From an uncultured Lentisphaerales bacterium (lineage in GTDB: Bacteria > Verrucomicrobiota > Lentisphaeria > JABSQK01 > UBA12247), in assembly GCA_943788985.1 (NCBI GenBank), contig CALSSJ010000039.1, positions 1-42,335 on the forward strand: a DNA stretch of 42,335 nt, in the 5' to 3' direction. The notes beneath the pieces are model-generated. The model was not told the origin of the DNA, did not search any database, and saw only the letters and a program-made list of their open reading frames with translations. The stretch's first letter is position 1. Each line of letters starts with the position of its first letter. A program made the translations under genes and the position numbers. This document shows positions 28,492 through 39,286 of the stretch, piece by piece.

Positions 28492-29739
28492 GTGATTGAT
28501 ATAAAAATTTTGCGTGATGACCCTGCTGGCGTAAAGGCAAATTGCCTCCGCAGAGGTATCACAAATGTAGATGTAGATGCGCTAGTCGCTTTGGATGGTG
28601 AGCTCCGCAGCGTGATTCAGAACATTGAGGCGATGCGGGCAAAGCGCAACGAACTGAGTAAGCAGTGTCGCGAGAATCCGGAAGCGCGCGACCAAGTGAA
28701 GGCGATGAAGGGCGAACTAGCGGAGAAAGAAGCGCGGGAAACTGCGCTGCGCGCCGAGTTGGCCGCGGGCATGAGCTGGCTGCCTAACTTTCTAGATAAG
28801 CGGGTGCCAGACGGGCATGGCGATGAGGATAACGTGGAATTGCGCGTGGTCGGCGAGATGCCGCAGTTCGATTTTAAGCCGCGCGATCATCAGGAATTGG
28901 GTGAGATCCTCGGGATTATCGACACGGCCCGCGGCGGTAAAGTCGCGCAGAGCGGGTTCTTCTTCTGGAAGGGGAAGGGCGCGCAGCTGGCGACGGCGAT
29001 GTTTTTCTGGGTACAGCAAGAATTGGTGAAGCGTGGCTTTACGCTGTTTATGTCCCCTTGTGCCGCGAAGGAAAAGACGCTATTCGGGACCGGCTATCTG
29101 CCATTCTTCGCCGACGAGACCTACCAGCTGGCTGGCGAGGACCTGGCTCTGATTGGCACTTCGGAGCAGACTCTCATCGGCTACCATGCGGATGACCTGC
29201 TGACGTCGGAGGAGATGCCGCTACGTTATACGTCTTTTACGCCGTGCTTCCGCACTGAGGCTGGCAGCTATGGCAAAGAAACGCGCGGGATTTTCCGCGT
29301 GCATCAGTTTCACAAAGTCGAGCAGATCATTTTTTGCGAGCCAGGGGATTCGGAAGCGGCGCACGAGGAGTGCCTGGTGAATGAAGAGTATCTGCTGCAA
29401 CAGCTCGGGCTGCCATACCGCGTGGTAAATGTGTGCGTGGGCGACCTGGGAGCCCCGGGCTTCATGAAGTACGATACAGAGGCCTGGTTTGCTGGCTACG
29501 GCGGCTACCGTGAGGTGTGCTCGAACTCGAACCTGACAGACTTTCAGACGCGCCGTCTGGGTGTGCGCTACAAGGATGAGAACGGCAAGCGACAGTTTGT
29601 GCATACCATCTCCGCCACGGCGGTGACCGATCGCGTGGTCTGCGCAATTCTGGAGAATTTCCAGGAGGCTGACGGCAGCGTGCGCGTGCCAGAGGTGCTG
29701 CAACAGTATACCGGCTTTGATCGTATCGAGGCTGGCTAA
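28492..29739 (+). CDS. serS: Serine--tRNA ligase
   Basis: MIDIKILR N-terminal coiled coil, GTSE, CFRTEAG, RVHQFHKVE, KYD.E.W, SN.TDFQ.RRL, ENFQ..DGS..VP.VL. Confidence 0.95.
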   Translation: MIDIKILRDDPAGVKANCLRRGITNVDVDALVALDGELRSVIQNIEAMRAKRNELSKQCRENPEARDQVKAMKGELAEKEARETALRAELAAGMSWLPNFLDKRVPDGHGDEDNVELRVVGEMPQFDFKPRDHQELGEILGIIDTARGGKVAQSGFFFWKGKGAQLATAMFFWVQQELVKRGFTLFMSPCAAKEKTLFGTGYLPFFADETYQLAGEDLALIGTSEQTLIGYHADDLLTSEEMPLRYTSFTPCFRTEAGSYGKETRGIFRVHQFHKVEQIIFCEPGDSEAAHEECLVNEEYLLQQLGLPYRVVNVCVGDLGAPGFMKYDTEAWFAGYGGYREVCSNSNLTDFQTRRLGVRYKDENGKRQFVHTISATAVTDRVVCAILENFQEADGSVRVPEVLQQYTGFDRIEAG

Positions 29740-29741
29740 CG

Positions 29742-32700
29742 ATGATTGGCAACGTACTCAAATCTGTTTTTGGGACCAAGCAGAAGCGGTTAATTAAATC
29801 GCTGGCGCCGCTGGTTGCCAAGATCAACTCTCTCGAAGAATCGCTGCAATCTCTTACGGACGAGCAGCTTATCGCGAAGACCGATGAGTTTCGTGGCCGG
29901 CTTGAACAGGGCGAAACTGTAGATGACCTGCTGCCGGAAGCGTTCGCAGTGGTGAAGAATGCCTGTCGCCGGATGGTCGGTAAGGAAGTGCCACGGCCAC
30001 CGGGAACAGTGACCTGGGTTGAGATACCGTATGACGTGCAGCTCATGGGCGCGATCATGCTGCATCGCGGCGGGATTGCGGAAATGCAGACAGGTGAGGG
30101 CAAGACGCTGGTCGGGATTTTGCCGCTCTATCTGAATGCTTTGACCGGACGCAACTGCCAGCTGGTGACGGTGAATGACTTCCTGTCGCGCCGTGACTCA
30201 GAATGGGTGGGCGCGATCCTGCGCTGGCTTGGCCTGACGGTCGGCTGTATTCAGTCACAGATGGAATCGGAGGTCCGGCGAGAGCAGTACCTTTGCGATA
30301 TCACCTACGGCACAAACAGCGAGTTTGGCTTCGACTACTTGCGTGATATGGGCATGGCGACGCGGCCAGAACAGGTGGTGCAGCGAGATTACTTCTATTG
30401 TATCGTAGACGAGATTGACTCGATCCTGATCGACGAGGCACGTACGCCGCTGATCATCTCGGGCCCAAGCCCGAACTCGACCCATCGCTACGATAAGCTC
30501 AAGCCCGCGGTGGATCGGTTGATTCGTGAGCAGAATCGGATGTGTACCGAGCTGGCGAATGATGCGAAATCCATTCTGGATCGCGACGAGTACAGCGACG
30601 AGGAAGAGCAGGAGGCTCTTGAGAAATTGCTGCGTGTAAAGATGGGCATGCCAAAGAATCGACTGATCCTGCGCCTGCTCGAGGATCCGGCTTTGGAGCA
30701 GGCTGTCGAGCAACTGAACGCCGTCGTCCACAGCGACCAGAATCGCGAGATGCTCCGGGATTTCAAGGAGTCTCTGTTCTTCAACGTGGATGAGCGTCAT
30801 CAAGACTCAGACTTGAGCGAGAAAGGGCGCGTTTTTCTGCGTCCGGATGACCCGGAAAGCTTCGTGCTGCCGGATTTGTCTACTGGATTCAAGCAGATCG
30901 AGGATGATCCCGATCTGGATGATGACGCGAAGCGCGAAGCGCGCGAGCAGTTGCAGGGGACCTTCGACGAACGCAGCGAGACGATTCACAACATCGCCCA
31001 GCTGCTACGGGCCTATACGCTGTATGAGCGCGACAGGCAGTACATCGTGGTGGACAACAAGGTGGTGATTGTCGACGAGAATACTGGCCATCCCATGCAT
31101 GGCCGGCGTTTTGGCGAAGGCCTGCATCAGGCGTTGGAAGCCAAGGAAGAGGTGAAGATCGAGCGCGAGACCACGACGTTGGCGACCGTAACGATCCAGA
31201 ACTACTTCCGGATGTACGATAAGCTCGCCGGGATGACCGGAACGGCCGAGACCGAGGCCTCCGAATTCAAGGAGATCTACAAGCTCGATACTGCTGTCAT
31301 TCCCACCAATCAGCCCTGCCTGCGCGTAGACGAGGATGATCGCATCTTCCGGTCCCGTCAGGAAAAATACCGGGCAATTATTGGAGAAGTGAAGGAGCGC
31401 CACGCAGCTGGACAGCCGATGCTGATCGGAACGGCCTCAGTGCAGGTCTCGGAGATCCTCAGCCGGATGCTGCGGCGCGAGAAGATTGCGCATAATGTAT
31501 TGAACGCGAAGCAGCATGAGCGGGAAGCTGAGATCGTGGAGAGTGCCGGTCAGCGTGGGGCAATCACGATCGCTACCAATATGGCCGGGCGTGGTACAGA
31601 TATTCGCCTGGGAGAAGGTGTGGCTGACTTGGGTGGATTGTGCGTGATCGGCAGTGAACGGCATGACTCGCGGCGCGTGGACCGTCAGTTGCGAGGTCGC
31701 TGCTCTCGCCAGGGCGATCCCGGTGTCTCCCGGTTTTACGTCTCGCTCGATGACGATCTGATGCGGTTGTTCGGCTCGGACAAGATCGCGGGCTGGATGC
31801 AGAAGATGGGGATGGAGGATGGCGATGAGCTCTCCCACCCTTGGCTGAACAAGTCGATCGGGCGTGCCCAGAAACGCGTGGAGCAGAAAAACTTCGGCCA
31901 GCGCAAACGCGTGTTGCAGTACGACGATGTGGTCAACAAGCAACGGAATGTGATCTACGATCGGCGCCTTTCGATCCTGCGCTCGGAAGACTCGCGGGAA
32001 CTGCTGTTCGACTATGTCTACAGCGCCGTGGGTGACCGCGTGGCGGAATACATGCAGGACAAGCGGGCTGACGGAACCAAGCTGGATGTGGACGGCCTGC
32101 TTGGCTGGCTACAGCAGACTTTTCCGATCGGCTTCAGCAGCGATGACTTGGACGCCAACTGCGAAAACGCTGATGTCCTGGCGAAGCAGATCACTGATAA
32201 GATCGAAGAAGCCTACGCACGCAAGGAGGTAGGCGAAGAGCCTGAAGACCTGCGCATGCTCGAACGGTCCATGATGCTGAACCCGCACGATGTGGCCTGG
32301 CAGTCGCATCTGGATGCGATGGATCAGCTGCGCAACGGCATCTGGATGATGCAGCTTGCCCAGAAGGATCCGCTGGTGGAGTACAAGCGTGAAGGCTTCT
32401 CGATGTTCGATGAGTTGATCGGGCGCATTAATGACGAGATCTGCTCGAACATCTTCCGCTCCGCGACCAATCTGGAGAGCTTCCGCCGGATGCTTGCTTC
32501 GCTGCCTCGGCAGGAGGTGCATCGCATTCTCGGGCAGTTCGATTCTGGTGGAGCGCCAGCCGCAGAGGAGGCCCCGCAGCAGATTGGCGAAGATGGCGAG
32601 CCCATTCGCCGTGGGCCGGAGAAGCCCAAGACCTACGAGCGCTCGACACGCAAGGTCAATCCCAATGGGCCCTGCCCGTGCGGGAGCGGCAAGAAGTACA

Positions 32701-32744
32701 AGAAGTGCTGTGGCCGCGTGGGTAAAGTGGAACCGCAGCTATGA
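29742..32744 (+). CDS. secA: Preprotein translocase ATPase SecA
   Basis: EMQTGEGKT, VDEIDSILIDEARTPLIISG, GMTGTA, ATNMAGRGTDI, QLRGR..RQGDPG, SEC-C CPCGSGKKYKKCC. Confidence 0.97.
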   Translation: MIGNVLKSVFGTKQKRLIKSLAPLVAKINSLEESLQSLTDEQLIAKTDEFRGRLEQGETVDDLLPEAFAVVKNACRRMVGKEVPRPPGTVTWVEIPYDVQLMGAIMLHRGGIAEMQTGEGKTLVGILPLYLNALTGRNCQLVTVNDFLSRRDSEWVGAILRWLGLTVGCIQSQMESEVRREQYLCDITYGTNSEFGFDYLRDMGMATRPEQVVQRDYFYCIVDEIDSILIDEARTPLIISGPSPNSTHRYDKLKPAVDRLIREQNRMCTELANDAKSILDRDEYSDEEEQEALEKLLRVKMGMPKNRLILRLLEDPALEQAVEQLNAVVHSDQNREMLRDFKESLFFNVDERHQDSDLSEKGRVFLRPDDPESFVLPDLSTGFKQIEDDPDLDDDAKREAREQLQGTFDERSETIHNIAQLLRAYTLYERDRQYIVVDNKVVIVDENTGHPMHGRRFGEGLHQALEAKEEVKIERETTTLATVTIQNYFRMYDKLAGMTGTAETEASEFKEIYKLDTAVIPTNQPCLRVDEDDRIFRSRQEKYRAIIGEVKERHAAGQPMLIGTASVQVSEILSRMLRREKIAHNVLNAKQHEREAEIVESAGQRGAITIATNMAGRGTDIRLGEGVADLGGLCVIGSERHDSRRVDRQLRGRCSRQGDPGVSRFYVSLDDDLMRLFGSDKIAGWMQKMGMEDGDELSHPWLNKSIGRAQKRVEQKNFGQRKRVLQYDDVVNKQRNVIYDRRLSILRSEDSRELLFDYVYSAVGDRVAEYMQDKRADGTKLDVDGLLGWLQQTFPIGFSSDDLDANCENADVLAKQITDKIEEAYARKEVGEEPEDLRMLERSMMLNPHDVAWQSHLDAMDQLRNGIWMMQLAQKDPLVEYKREGFSMFDELIGRINDEICSNIFRSATNLESFRRMLASLPRQEVHRILGQFDSGGAPAAEEAPQQIGEDGEPIRRGPEKPKTYERSTRKVNPNGPCPCGSGKKYKKCCGRVGKVEPQL

Positions 32745-32770
32745 GCACGGCGTACCGGCCACGGTAGGAC

Positions 32771-33679
32771 ATGGCAGCCCGTTCTAAGAACAAGCACCGG
32801 CTGCATCACTGGTTCGAGTATGCGCTTGCCCGGTGTTTGATCGCCTTCACGCGGCTGTTGCCACGGCCGCTGCTGTATGGAGTTTTCTCTACGGTTTCGC
32901 GGCTGTGGGCAGTTCTTGACCGGCGGCATCGCTCGATCACGCTGCGCAATCTGGAGCTCGCCTTTCCCGAGTTGAGCAAGGAAGAGCGTACCGCGCGGAT
33001 GGCGGCTGCGTACCGTCATTTTGGCTTTGTGATGGCCGACAACGTGCTGTTTATGACCAAGCGCATGAGCGTCTCGGAGTTGTCCGAGCGGGTCGATACC
33101 AGCGAGTGGCCCAAGTTGGCCCAGACTATGGAGAGTGCGCAACGCGGTTTGCTGGTGATTACCGGTCACATCGGCAACTGGGAGCTGATGTCCCTTTTGG
33201 GGTGTGCGCTTGCGGAGCAACCCGCTGCGGTGGTGTCACGTGAGCTGACCAATCAGTATCTGGAAGATCGGATCGTGCGGCCATTTCGGACCATGACTGG
33301 TGTCCAGATGTGTTATAAGCAGGGGGCCCTCAGGAGCGTCATGCGCGTTTTGAAGAGCGGCGGCTACGTCGGTATGCTGATCGATCAAAAGGCTCGGCTG
33401 CGGGATGGAGTGACCGTAGATTTCTTCAACAAGGAGGTCGTCGCCTTCTCGTCCTCTGGAGCAATCCAGAAAAAGTACGACATTCCCGTAGTTGCCATGT
33501 TTCTGATTAGGGAGGGAGACGGCTACAAAATGATTGTGTCGGACCCGATCGAGTGCGGTGAGGATGACACCGTGTTGTCGCTTGTGCAACGCCATCAGGA
33601 CGCGATTGCAGATGTCATCCGTCAATATCCCGAACAGTGGTTCTGGATGCACAACCGTTGGCGCCTTCCGCGCGAGTAG
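32771..33679 (+). CDS. Lipid A biosynthesis (LpxL/HtrB-family) acyltransferase
   Basis: H.GNWE, LIDQK, 'I..YPEQWFWMHNRW'. Confidence 0.88.
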   Translation: MAARSKNKHRLHHWFEYALARCLIAFTRLLPRPLLYGVFSTVSRLWAVLDRRHRSITLRNLELAFPELSKEERTARMAAAYRHFGFVMADNVLFMTKRMSVSELSERVDTSEWPKLAQTMESAQRGLLVITGHIGNWELMSLLGCALAEQPAAVVSRELTNQYLEDRIVRPFRTMTGVQMCYKQGALRSVMRVLKSGGYVGMLIDQKARLRDGVTVDFFNKEVVAFSSSGAIQKKYDIPVVAMFLIREGDGYKMIVSDPIECGEDDTVLSLVQRHQDAIADVIRQYPEQWFWMHNRWRLPRE

Positions 33680-33754
33680 TGATCGACTGTGGGACTGGCG
33701 GCGCAGGCTTCTGGCACCCCGTCCGGTCCGGGGCGCAGGAAACGGGGAAGAGTA

Positions 33755-34158
33755 CCGGTGGTTCCACCACCGGCTACGTTCTTGGTCCCCTCCGGGGAAC
33801 GAGAGCTTCATAGATCTTGATCCGGCGGAAATTCCCGCGGTACCAATCTTCCTCGTCTTCGTCCTCGAAGGGGACAGTTTTCGATGGGTACACGATTCCC
33901 TCGGGGGGACCAGGTGGACGATAGGTGTGGACGATTCCAAGTTACCACGCCGTCAACCTCTCTCGTCGAACTCTCTCCTCAACCCAATCTGATACGAGGT
34001 GTGTAGGATGAGGACGATCGGTACCGTTTCCATTTTTCGGGCCGTGCGGATGATCCTCATCCTCGCTCAGCCGGAGTGCCCGGATCAAGATCTATGAGCT
34101 TGACCTTTGCCGACATCCCGGAGGGATGAACGATCGTAGCCGGTGGTAAAAGCACCGG
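33755..34158. mobile_element. Nested inverted-repeat structure: REP-like outer pair and 18-bp IR inner MITE-like element
   Basis: Inner perfect IR TCATAGATCTTGATCCGG (33808-33825) / CCGGATCAAGATCTATGA (34080-34097); outer imperfect IR 33755-33798 / 34116-34158. Confidence 0.6.
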
Positions 34159-34301
34159 ACTTGACCGCCACGCCGTACGCCCTGGAAGGGCGCCGTGGCA
34201 TTGACCCATCGCAGACCCAAATGCAACCCCTGCGGTGATTACGCGGCACCGCAGTTATTCAGTTGGTTTCGACGGGAGAAGGAAGAAAAACGGTTACTGG
34301 G

Positions 34302-35843
34302 TCACGCGGGGTCGCGCCCACCGGTATCTGGCGAAGGCGCGTGATAGGACGCGCGCACGGCGTGTTCCAACTGCGTGATTTCATCATCGGTGAGCATGTC
34401 AAAATGCGAGCGGCGTTTTCGCACCGAAAGGCCACCGTTGTTTTGTAGGCACAAGGAAATGAAGAGGTCTATCTTCTGATCCGGCATGTCGATGATTTGC
34501 TGAATTGCCACCTTTGCACGATCATAGCTCTCGAGGAAGTTCATCTCGTCAACCAGTTCCCTGGTGATCGTATGTTGGACAAACTGGTACAAAGCTTCCG
34601 CCTGCGAGGTGAGGTCCATGTATGCATACCATGGTGCACAGTCGTTGCGCATCGTCATGTGGCCTTCTTGGTCGAGTTCGTACTCTGCCAATTTCATCAG
34701 GGGGCGAGAAAACGCCTCGAGGGAGGCGTTGTAGTCAATTGAGTCCTTGAGCATCGCGGCGGATACTGGGAGGACAAGCCCCGGTGGACTGAAACCGCGA
34801 CGGGCTAAAATGTTGTGAATCAAGAAGCGATGAATGCGGCCGTTGCCGTCTTTAAATGGGTGAACAAATACAAAGCCATAGGCGATAGCCGCTCCTTCAA
34901 TGACGGCTGGAACACCAGCACGCTCCATGGCGCGGTGGGCTTCGAGCAGCCCTTCCATCAGTTCCGGAATCTGCTGCGGCTGCGGACATACGTAGTGCAC
35001 CCGTTGCTGCCGCCAGGCAAGGGTTTCTCCAATGTAGTTCTGGAAGGTCCGATAGTCTGCCTGGGCAAAGCGGGGATCAACAGTCAAGTTATGCAACTCG
35101 ATAAGGTGCTCTTTGGTACAAAAGTCTTCCTTGTCAGCCAACTGCAGTAGGGCGATAAACCGCTCTGTCCGTGTAGAACTAGGATGAACGTGCTCAATCT
35201 CGAAGGACGACTTCGTCTCCTTATTTTATAAGCAGCTCATTGCTCGCTTGAGCATTTGCGGTGAATAGTTGGCAACCACCTCCTGACAACGAGAGCGCAG
35301 GTTCATTGCCTCGAATTCTCGCAGGGTGGAAGTGCGCCGGATTATCGGGCAAAAGCCGCGATTGCCGAGCAGATTGTTGTTTACCCGTTGCCGGCGTGCT
35401 TTGGGTGCCGGGTTCAGGGTGTAGTACTGATCTTGGTCGAGCAGATCGACGTAGTTACCGGAGGTCAGATCCTGTAGGGGCAGTGTGCTTCCAGTCAAAA
35501 ACTCGTAGAGAAACCAAATCCTCCGGGCATACTTCCCAAGCGGCTTCGAGGAGATGTAGGCGACGATCTCGGCGGCATCTGCCTCTAAAAAGACGGCAGC
35601 CAGGATGCCCAGATTGACGCGGTCATACTTAAGGGCGAACTCCAAGTGGTCTCCGAGAGAGTCCCCGGGCCAATAGATCGAGGTTTAGATGCTGGTTATT
35701 CTTACCCCATCCGTTTCTGTCCGCTGGACGCCAACGGATTCCACCCAGGAGGCGTGCCAGTTTGGAATCGTTTCTAGACTCAAACGCTCGGTCAGGTCGG
35801 CATACCCCGCGGGGCGCCGCGTGGATGCGTCGAATAATGCCAT
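34302..35843 (-). pseudogene. Large Fic-domain protein interrupted by two in-frame TAA codons
   Basis: One reading frame from ATG 35843 to 34302 with TAA at 35685-35687 and 35226-35228. Fic motif HPFKDGNGRIHR; 'YWPGD.LGDHLEFALKYD', 'KETKSSFEIE'. Confidence 0.85.
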
Positions 35844-35982
35844 CGCTGATTCCTCTAAAAATGCTTACGAAGCAATAAATATGATTACCGGGAGCACCTT
35901 ATCAAGAAAAATGATTATGGCATTACTGTGGATTGGTACGAGCCGAGCGCGAGAGGGCCCTGTATTTGCAGCTTGGGTCGTT

Positions 35983-36786
35983 CTACCAGTCCTCTTCCGC
36001 GGCCGGCTCACGACAGGTCGGCTGTACGCAGCCTTCGTGGGAGTCCCCTCGCACCCACATGATCGGCACATCGCGGACTTTTCCCAGCCAGGTCGCGGTG
36101 CTGCTCAGATAGTGCGTGACGTAGCAGCGGCGAAACCCAGTGGTCTTGTTGGCGATGCTCTTATGGAGCAGATTGCTGTGAAACCAAAGCACGGAGCCTG
36201 CTGGCATCTCGAGGGCAATGGCATTGGTTTCATCCACATCCTTCACCTGCCGCGAATCGCTTTTCTGGCCGGGTTGATCGTGCTTTAGCAGCCCGCCCCG
36301 ATGGCTGCCAGGGATGATCCATAGGCACCCATTCTCGATCGTTGCGTCATCGATTGCCTGCCAGGTGCCGACTGTCGTATCCGTCACGAAACGGTCGAAG
36401 TAATATTTATCCTGATGCCAGGGAAAGCCGAGCCCTAGATTGGGTGCTTTGAAGATGAACAGCGTTTGGAGCCCCAGCAGGTCCGGGCCGATGAGCTCGC
36501 TAACCGGCTCGACAATGCGAGGATGATGCTGCTGGTCAAAAAACGCTTGGTTGAAGAGGTGGGGGCAGTGGAGCTTATGCATGGCGTAGATGCCGCTGCG
36601 CCCGTCATTCTTGGCCACGGCCTTCGCGTCTTGATCCAAGTGCGCGTCCGGGAAGCTGATCTCCCCGTCGACGATGCCTGTTGCGTGCGCCGACAGGCTG
36701 TTGCATTCTCCGCGAGAAAACACGCCCTCGCGAATAAAATAGCCCTGGTCTTGCCATTGTTCGCGCTCGATATCAGTCAGTTGCAT
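35983..36786 (-). CDS. Phytanoyl-CoA dioxygenase (PhyH) family protein
   Basis: WHQD, DDATIENGCL..IPGSH, FHS.L.HKS..N....RR. Confidence 0.9.
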   Translation of the reverse strand: MQLTDIEREQWQDQGYFIREGVFSRGECNSLSAHATGIVDGEISFPDAHLDQDAKAVAKNDGRSGIYAMHKLHCPHLFNQAFFDQQHHPRIVEPVSELIGPDLLGLQTLFIFKAPNLGLGFPWHQDKYYFDRFVTDTTVGTWQAIDDATIENGCLWIIPGSHRGGLLKHDQPGQKSDSRQVKDVDETNAIALEMPAGSVLWFHSNLLHKSIANKTTGFRRCYVTHYLSSTATWLGKVRDVPIMWVRGDSHEGCVQPTCREPAAEEDW

Positions 36787-36984
36787 CTAGGTCTCCTTTC
36801 GTGATCAACACCGCTACTTTACGCGCGTGCTGAGCATTCACCACACGCTTCCGCGCGACTGTGCTTAAAGAGAGGGCTGCGGCATTGCGGCGCACTTGAC
36901 GATGCGGCTCTGCCCTGTACCGTTATGGGCTTTTCGTGCGAGTTGTTACTCGCCCCCCGCGACTACCACTCTAGTGGAGCTGAC

Positions 36985-38159
36985 ATGTCCCAGCAAAGAC
37001 TGCCGGACGTTGATTACAAAGCCTTTGCTGATGAGATCTTCGCGCTGCGCGATGAGATGAAGGCGGAGCTTGGCCCACGGGACATTCGCCATCTGCGCAG
37101 TCTGGTCTGGCGCAATCGAATCGTGACCGTGCTTGGCTACGCGACGGCATGGTTCTTCCCGAACCCAATCAGTGCATTTCTGATCGCGGCTGGTTTGAGC
37201 GGACGGTGGATGGTGATGCACCATGTCGGACATGGGGGCTACGATAAGGTCCCGAATATGCCGAAACGCTTTCATAGCCGACGCTACGCGCTGGGCTGGC
37301 GCCGGTTCGTGGATTGGTTCGACTGGATCTACCCGCCCGCCTGGAATCATGAGCACAACGTCTTACACCACTACCACACGGGTGAAGAGAACGATCCCGA
37401 TCTGGTGGAGGATCACGCGGAGTTTTTTCGCAAGGCGAATTGGCCGCTGCCTATGAAGTACGCATTAACACTTGTGCTCGCGCTTACCTGGAAGTTTACG
37501 TACTACGCCCCGAATACCCTGCGGGCGCTGGAACAAAACTGCCGTAATCGCCCCAGCGGCGACCTGCTGGGCGTTGCCTGGGACAATGTGTTCAATCCCA
37601 TGTGCAAGCGTGTCTGGCGGCTCTGGTTGGTGTGCTACATTCCGTACATCTCGGTCGGCTTCGTGCTAATTCCGCTGTGCTTTCTGCCACTTGGCTGGAA
37701 GGCTGTCGCGTCGGTGTTTCTTACTCGGGTGCTGGCCGAGTTTCTCACGAACCTTCACACTTTCTGCATCATTGCGCCGAACCATGCGGGGGATGACATT
37801 TACCGCTACGAGACGCATTTTGCCGGCCGTGACGAGTTTGCGGTGAACCAGGGTGATTGGTTCCGCCAACTATTTCTGTGGCACGGAACCGATCGACTAT
37901 GCGCAGGGCTATCTGAACTACCAGATTGAGCATCATTTGTACCCGGCGATGCCGATCCTCAAGTATCGCGAGTACCAGCCTCGGGTGCGGGAACTCTGCG
38001 AGAAGCACGGCGTGCCGTACGTACAGGAGGTCTGTTTGGGCTCGTGTTCGTAAGCTCGTGGACATTTTGGTGGGCAACACCAGCATGCTCTGGCTGCGAG
38101 AAGACGATGGCGAAGGCGAGGCCGCCAGCGGGACCGGAGTCAGATGCGGCGCGAACTGA
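36985..38159 (+). pseudogene. Fatty acid desaturase with two +1 frameshifts in G runs (~37850, ~38028), probably sequencing errors
   Basis: His boxes HHVGH, HNVLHH, QIEHH across three consecutive frames. Confidence 0.85.
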
Positions 38160-38285
38160 GCCTGCCCTCGCGTTGAAGTAGAGCGGCCTCGATGAAGGTG
38201 GCAGGCGAGAGTCTGCTGGGCAAATCGCGGGATTGAGCGCCGCAGGCATTCACGGCTATGCGGTTTTGGGGCGGCCAAGCCAAGG

Positions 38286-38301
38286 ATCGACTCGAGTCGA
38301 T
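38286..38301. repeat. Palindrome ATCGACTCGAGTCGAT (third copy)
   Basis: Perfect 16-bp palindrome followed by TTTT, between convergent genes. Confidence 0.75.
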
Positions 38302-38332
38302 TTTTCGGTCTCTCTCGAATGTGGCCTTCCCT

Positions 38333-39286
38333 CTAGGCTGAAATCCAGCGGGTTGTTCTATCGAGAGATCGCGTGGAGGGCGGATTGAATGCGCACCCGC
38401 AGGATGCCGCTGCTGGATTTCTTGGCGATCTCCCGAAGCGAGCCCGCAGCAGGGCTAGCGACCGGGGCCCATAAACTCGAGAATAGAGACGAGCTGCAAC
38501 TGCGTGTTCTCGTTGGCCTGATGCAAGGCTCTGACGATTCCTGGCACGCCCATTGCACCGGCGGGTGGCAAGTGTGGTGCATCCCAGAATGGTACGCTCT
38601 GGCGTATCTGTGCTGACGACATAGGCGTTGAGCGCGGTCACCGCACCTTCTGATTGCTGGCCGAACTGCTGCAATATCGTCACGGCCAGGTCAACGCGCT
38701 TTGGGTCTTTGCTAGCCATCTGGGTAACCAGCATGTCGGTGACTTCCGGGGCGTATGGCTGTTGGCCATAGACGCGAAACAGATTCAGCCAGGCACCGTG
38801 CTCTTCCGTCGGCATGCGGAGCATCTTTGAGAACAGGTCTGGAGCGGGGGCGGGGCCAAGGTCCAGCAGCAGTTGACTCAGCGCGCGGTCTCGGCCAAAG
38901 GCCAGAAACAAAGTATCGCGGGCCTTGCTCGGCCGCGCCGCGACTTTACTCAGCAGGTACTCCGCGCGTAGCCGAATCGCGGTTGTGTCGTACTTGGTGC
39001 GCTCTGACAGCTCACGGACCACGTTTAGGTCCTCCGGGGCGATCGCTACCAGCGCTGACATCACCAAAGGTACGTCCTCGAGCTCCTCGTTGTAGAGGGC
39101 TTTCAGCAGGGCTGGTGTTGCGGACTTCGCATTTGGGCCCATGCGGTACAATTCCCAAAGCGCCTGGATGCGCCTAGGGCGCTGCTGTGAGAGCTCTCGT
39201 GTAAGGCGTTCGACTCGGGCTGGATCAGGCGTAGCGATTGCGCAGGTAGCGAGGAGGAGAGCGATGAGCGGAAGCGCCCGCTTCAT
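38333..39286 (-). CDS. Secreted HEAT-repeat protein; 3' part probably frameshifted near 38580
   Basis: Signal peptide MKRALPLIALLLATCAIA; HEAT-like 'RIQALWELYRMGPNAKSATPALLKAL'. Confidence 0.6.
   Translation of the reverse strand: MKRALPLIALLLATCAIATPDPARVERLTRELSQQRPRRIQALWELYRMGPNAKSATPALLKALYNEELEDVPLVMSALVAIAPEDLNVVRELSERTKYDTTAIRLRAEYLLSKVAARPSKARDTLFLAFGRDRALSQLLLDLGPAPAPDLFSKMLRMPTEEHGAWLNLFRVYGQQPYAPEVTDMLVTQMASKDPKRVDLAVTILQQFGQQSEGAVTALNAYVVSTDTPERTILGCTTLATRRCNGRARNRQSLASGQREHAVAARLYSRVYGPRSLALLRARFGRSPRNPAAASCGCAFNPPSTRSLDRTTRWISA

Noticed and set aside
21484..35687. Genome-wide TAA recoding suggested by in-frame TAA in the TPR and Fic genes
   Set aside because: TAA terminates ordinary genes here (rpmG, serS, Tim44-TerB), and both interrupted genes show other signs of decay.
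37845..38035. Programmed frameshifting in the desaturase
   Set aside because: Both shifts are single extra G bases in short G runs with no slippery heptamer; sequencing error is simpler.
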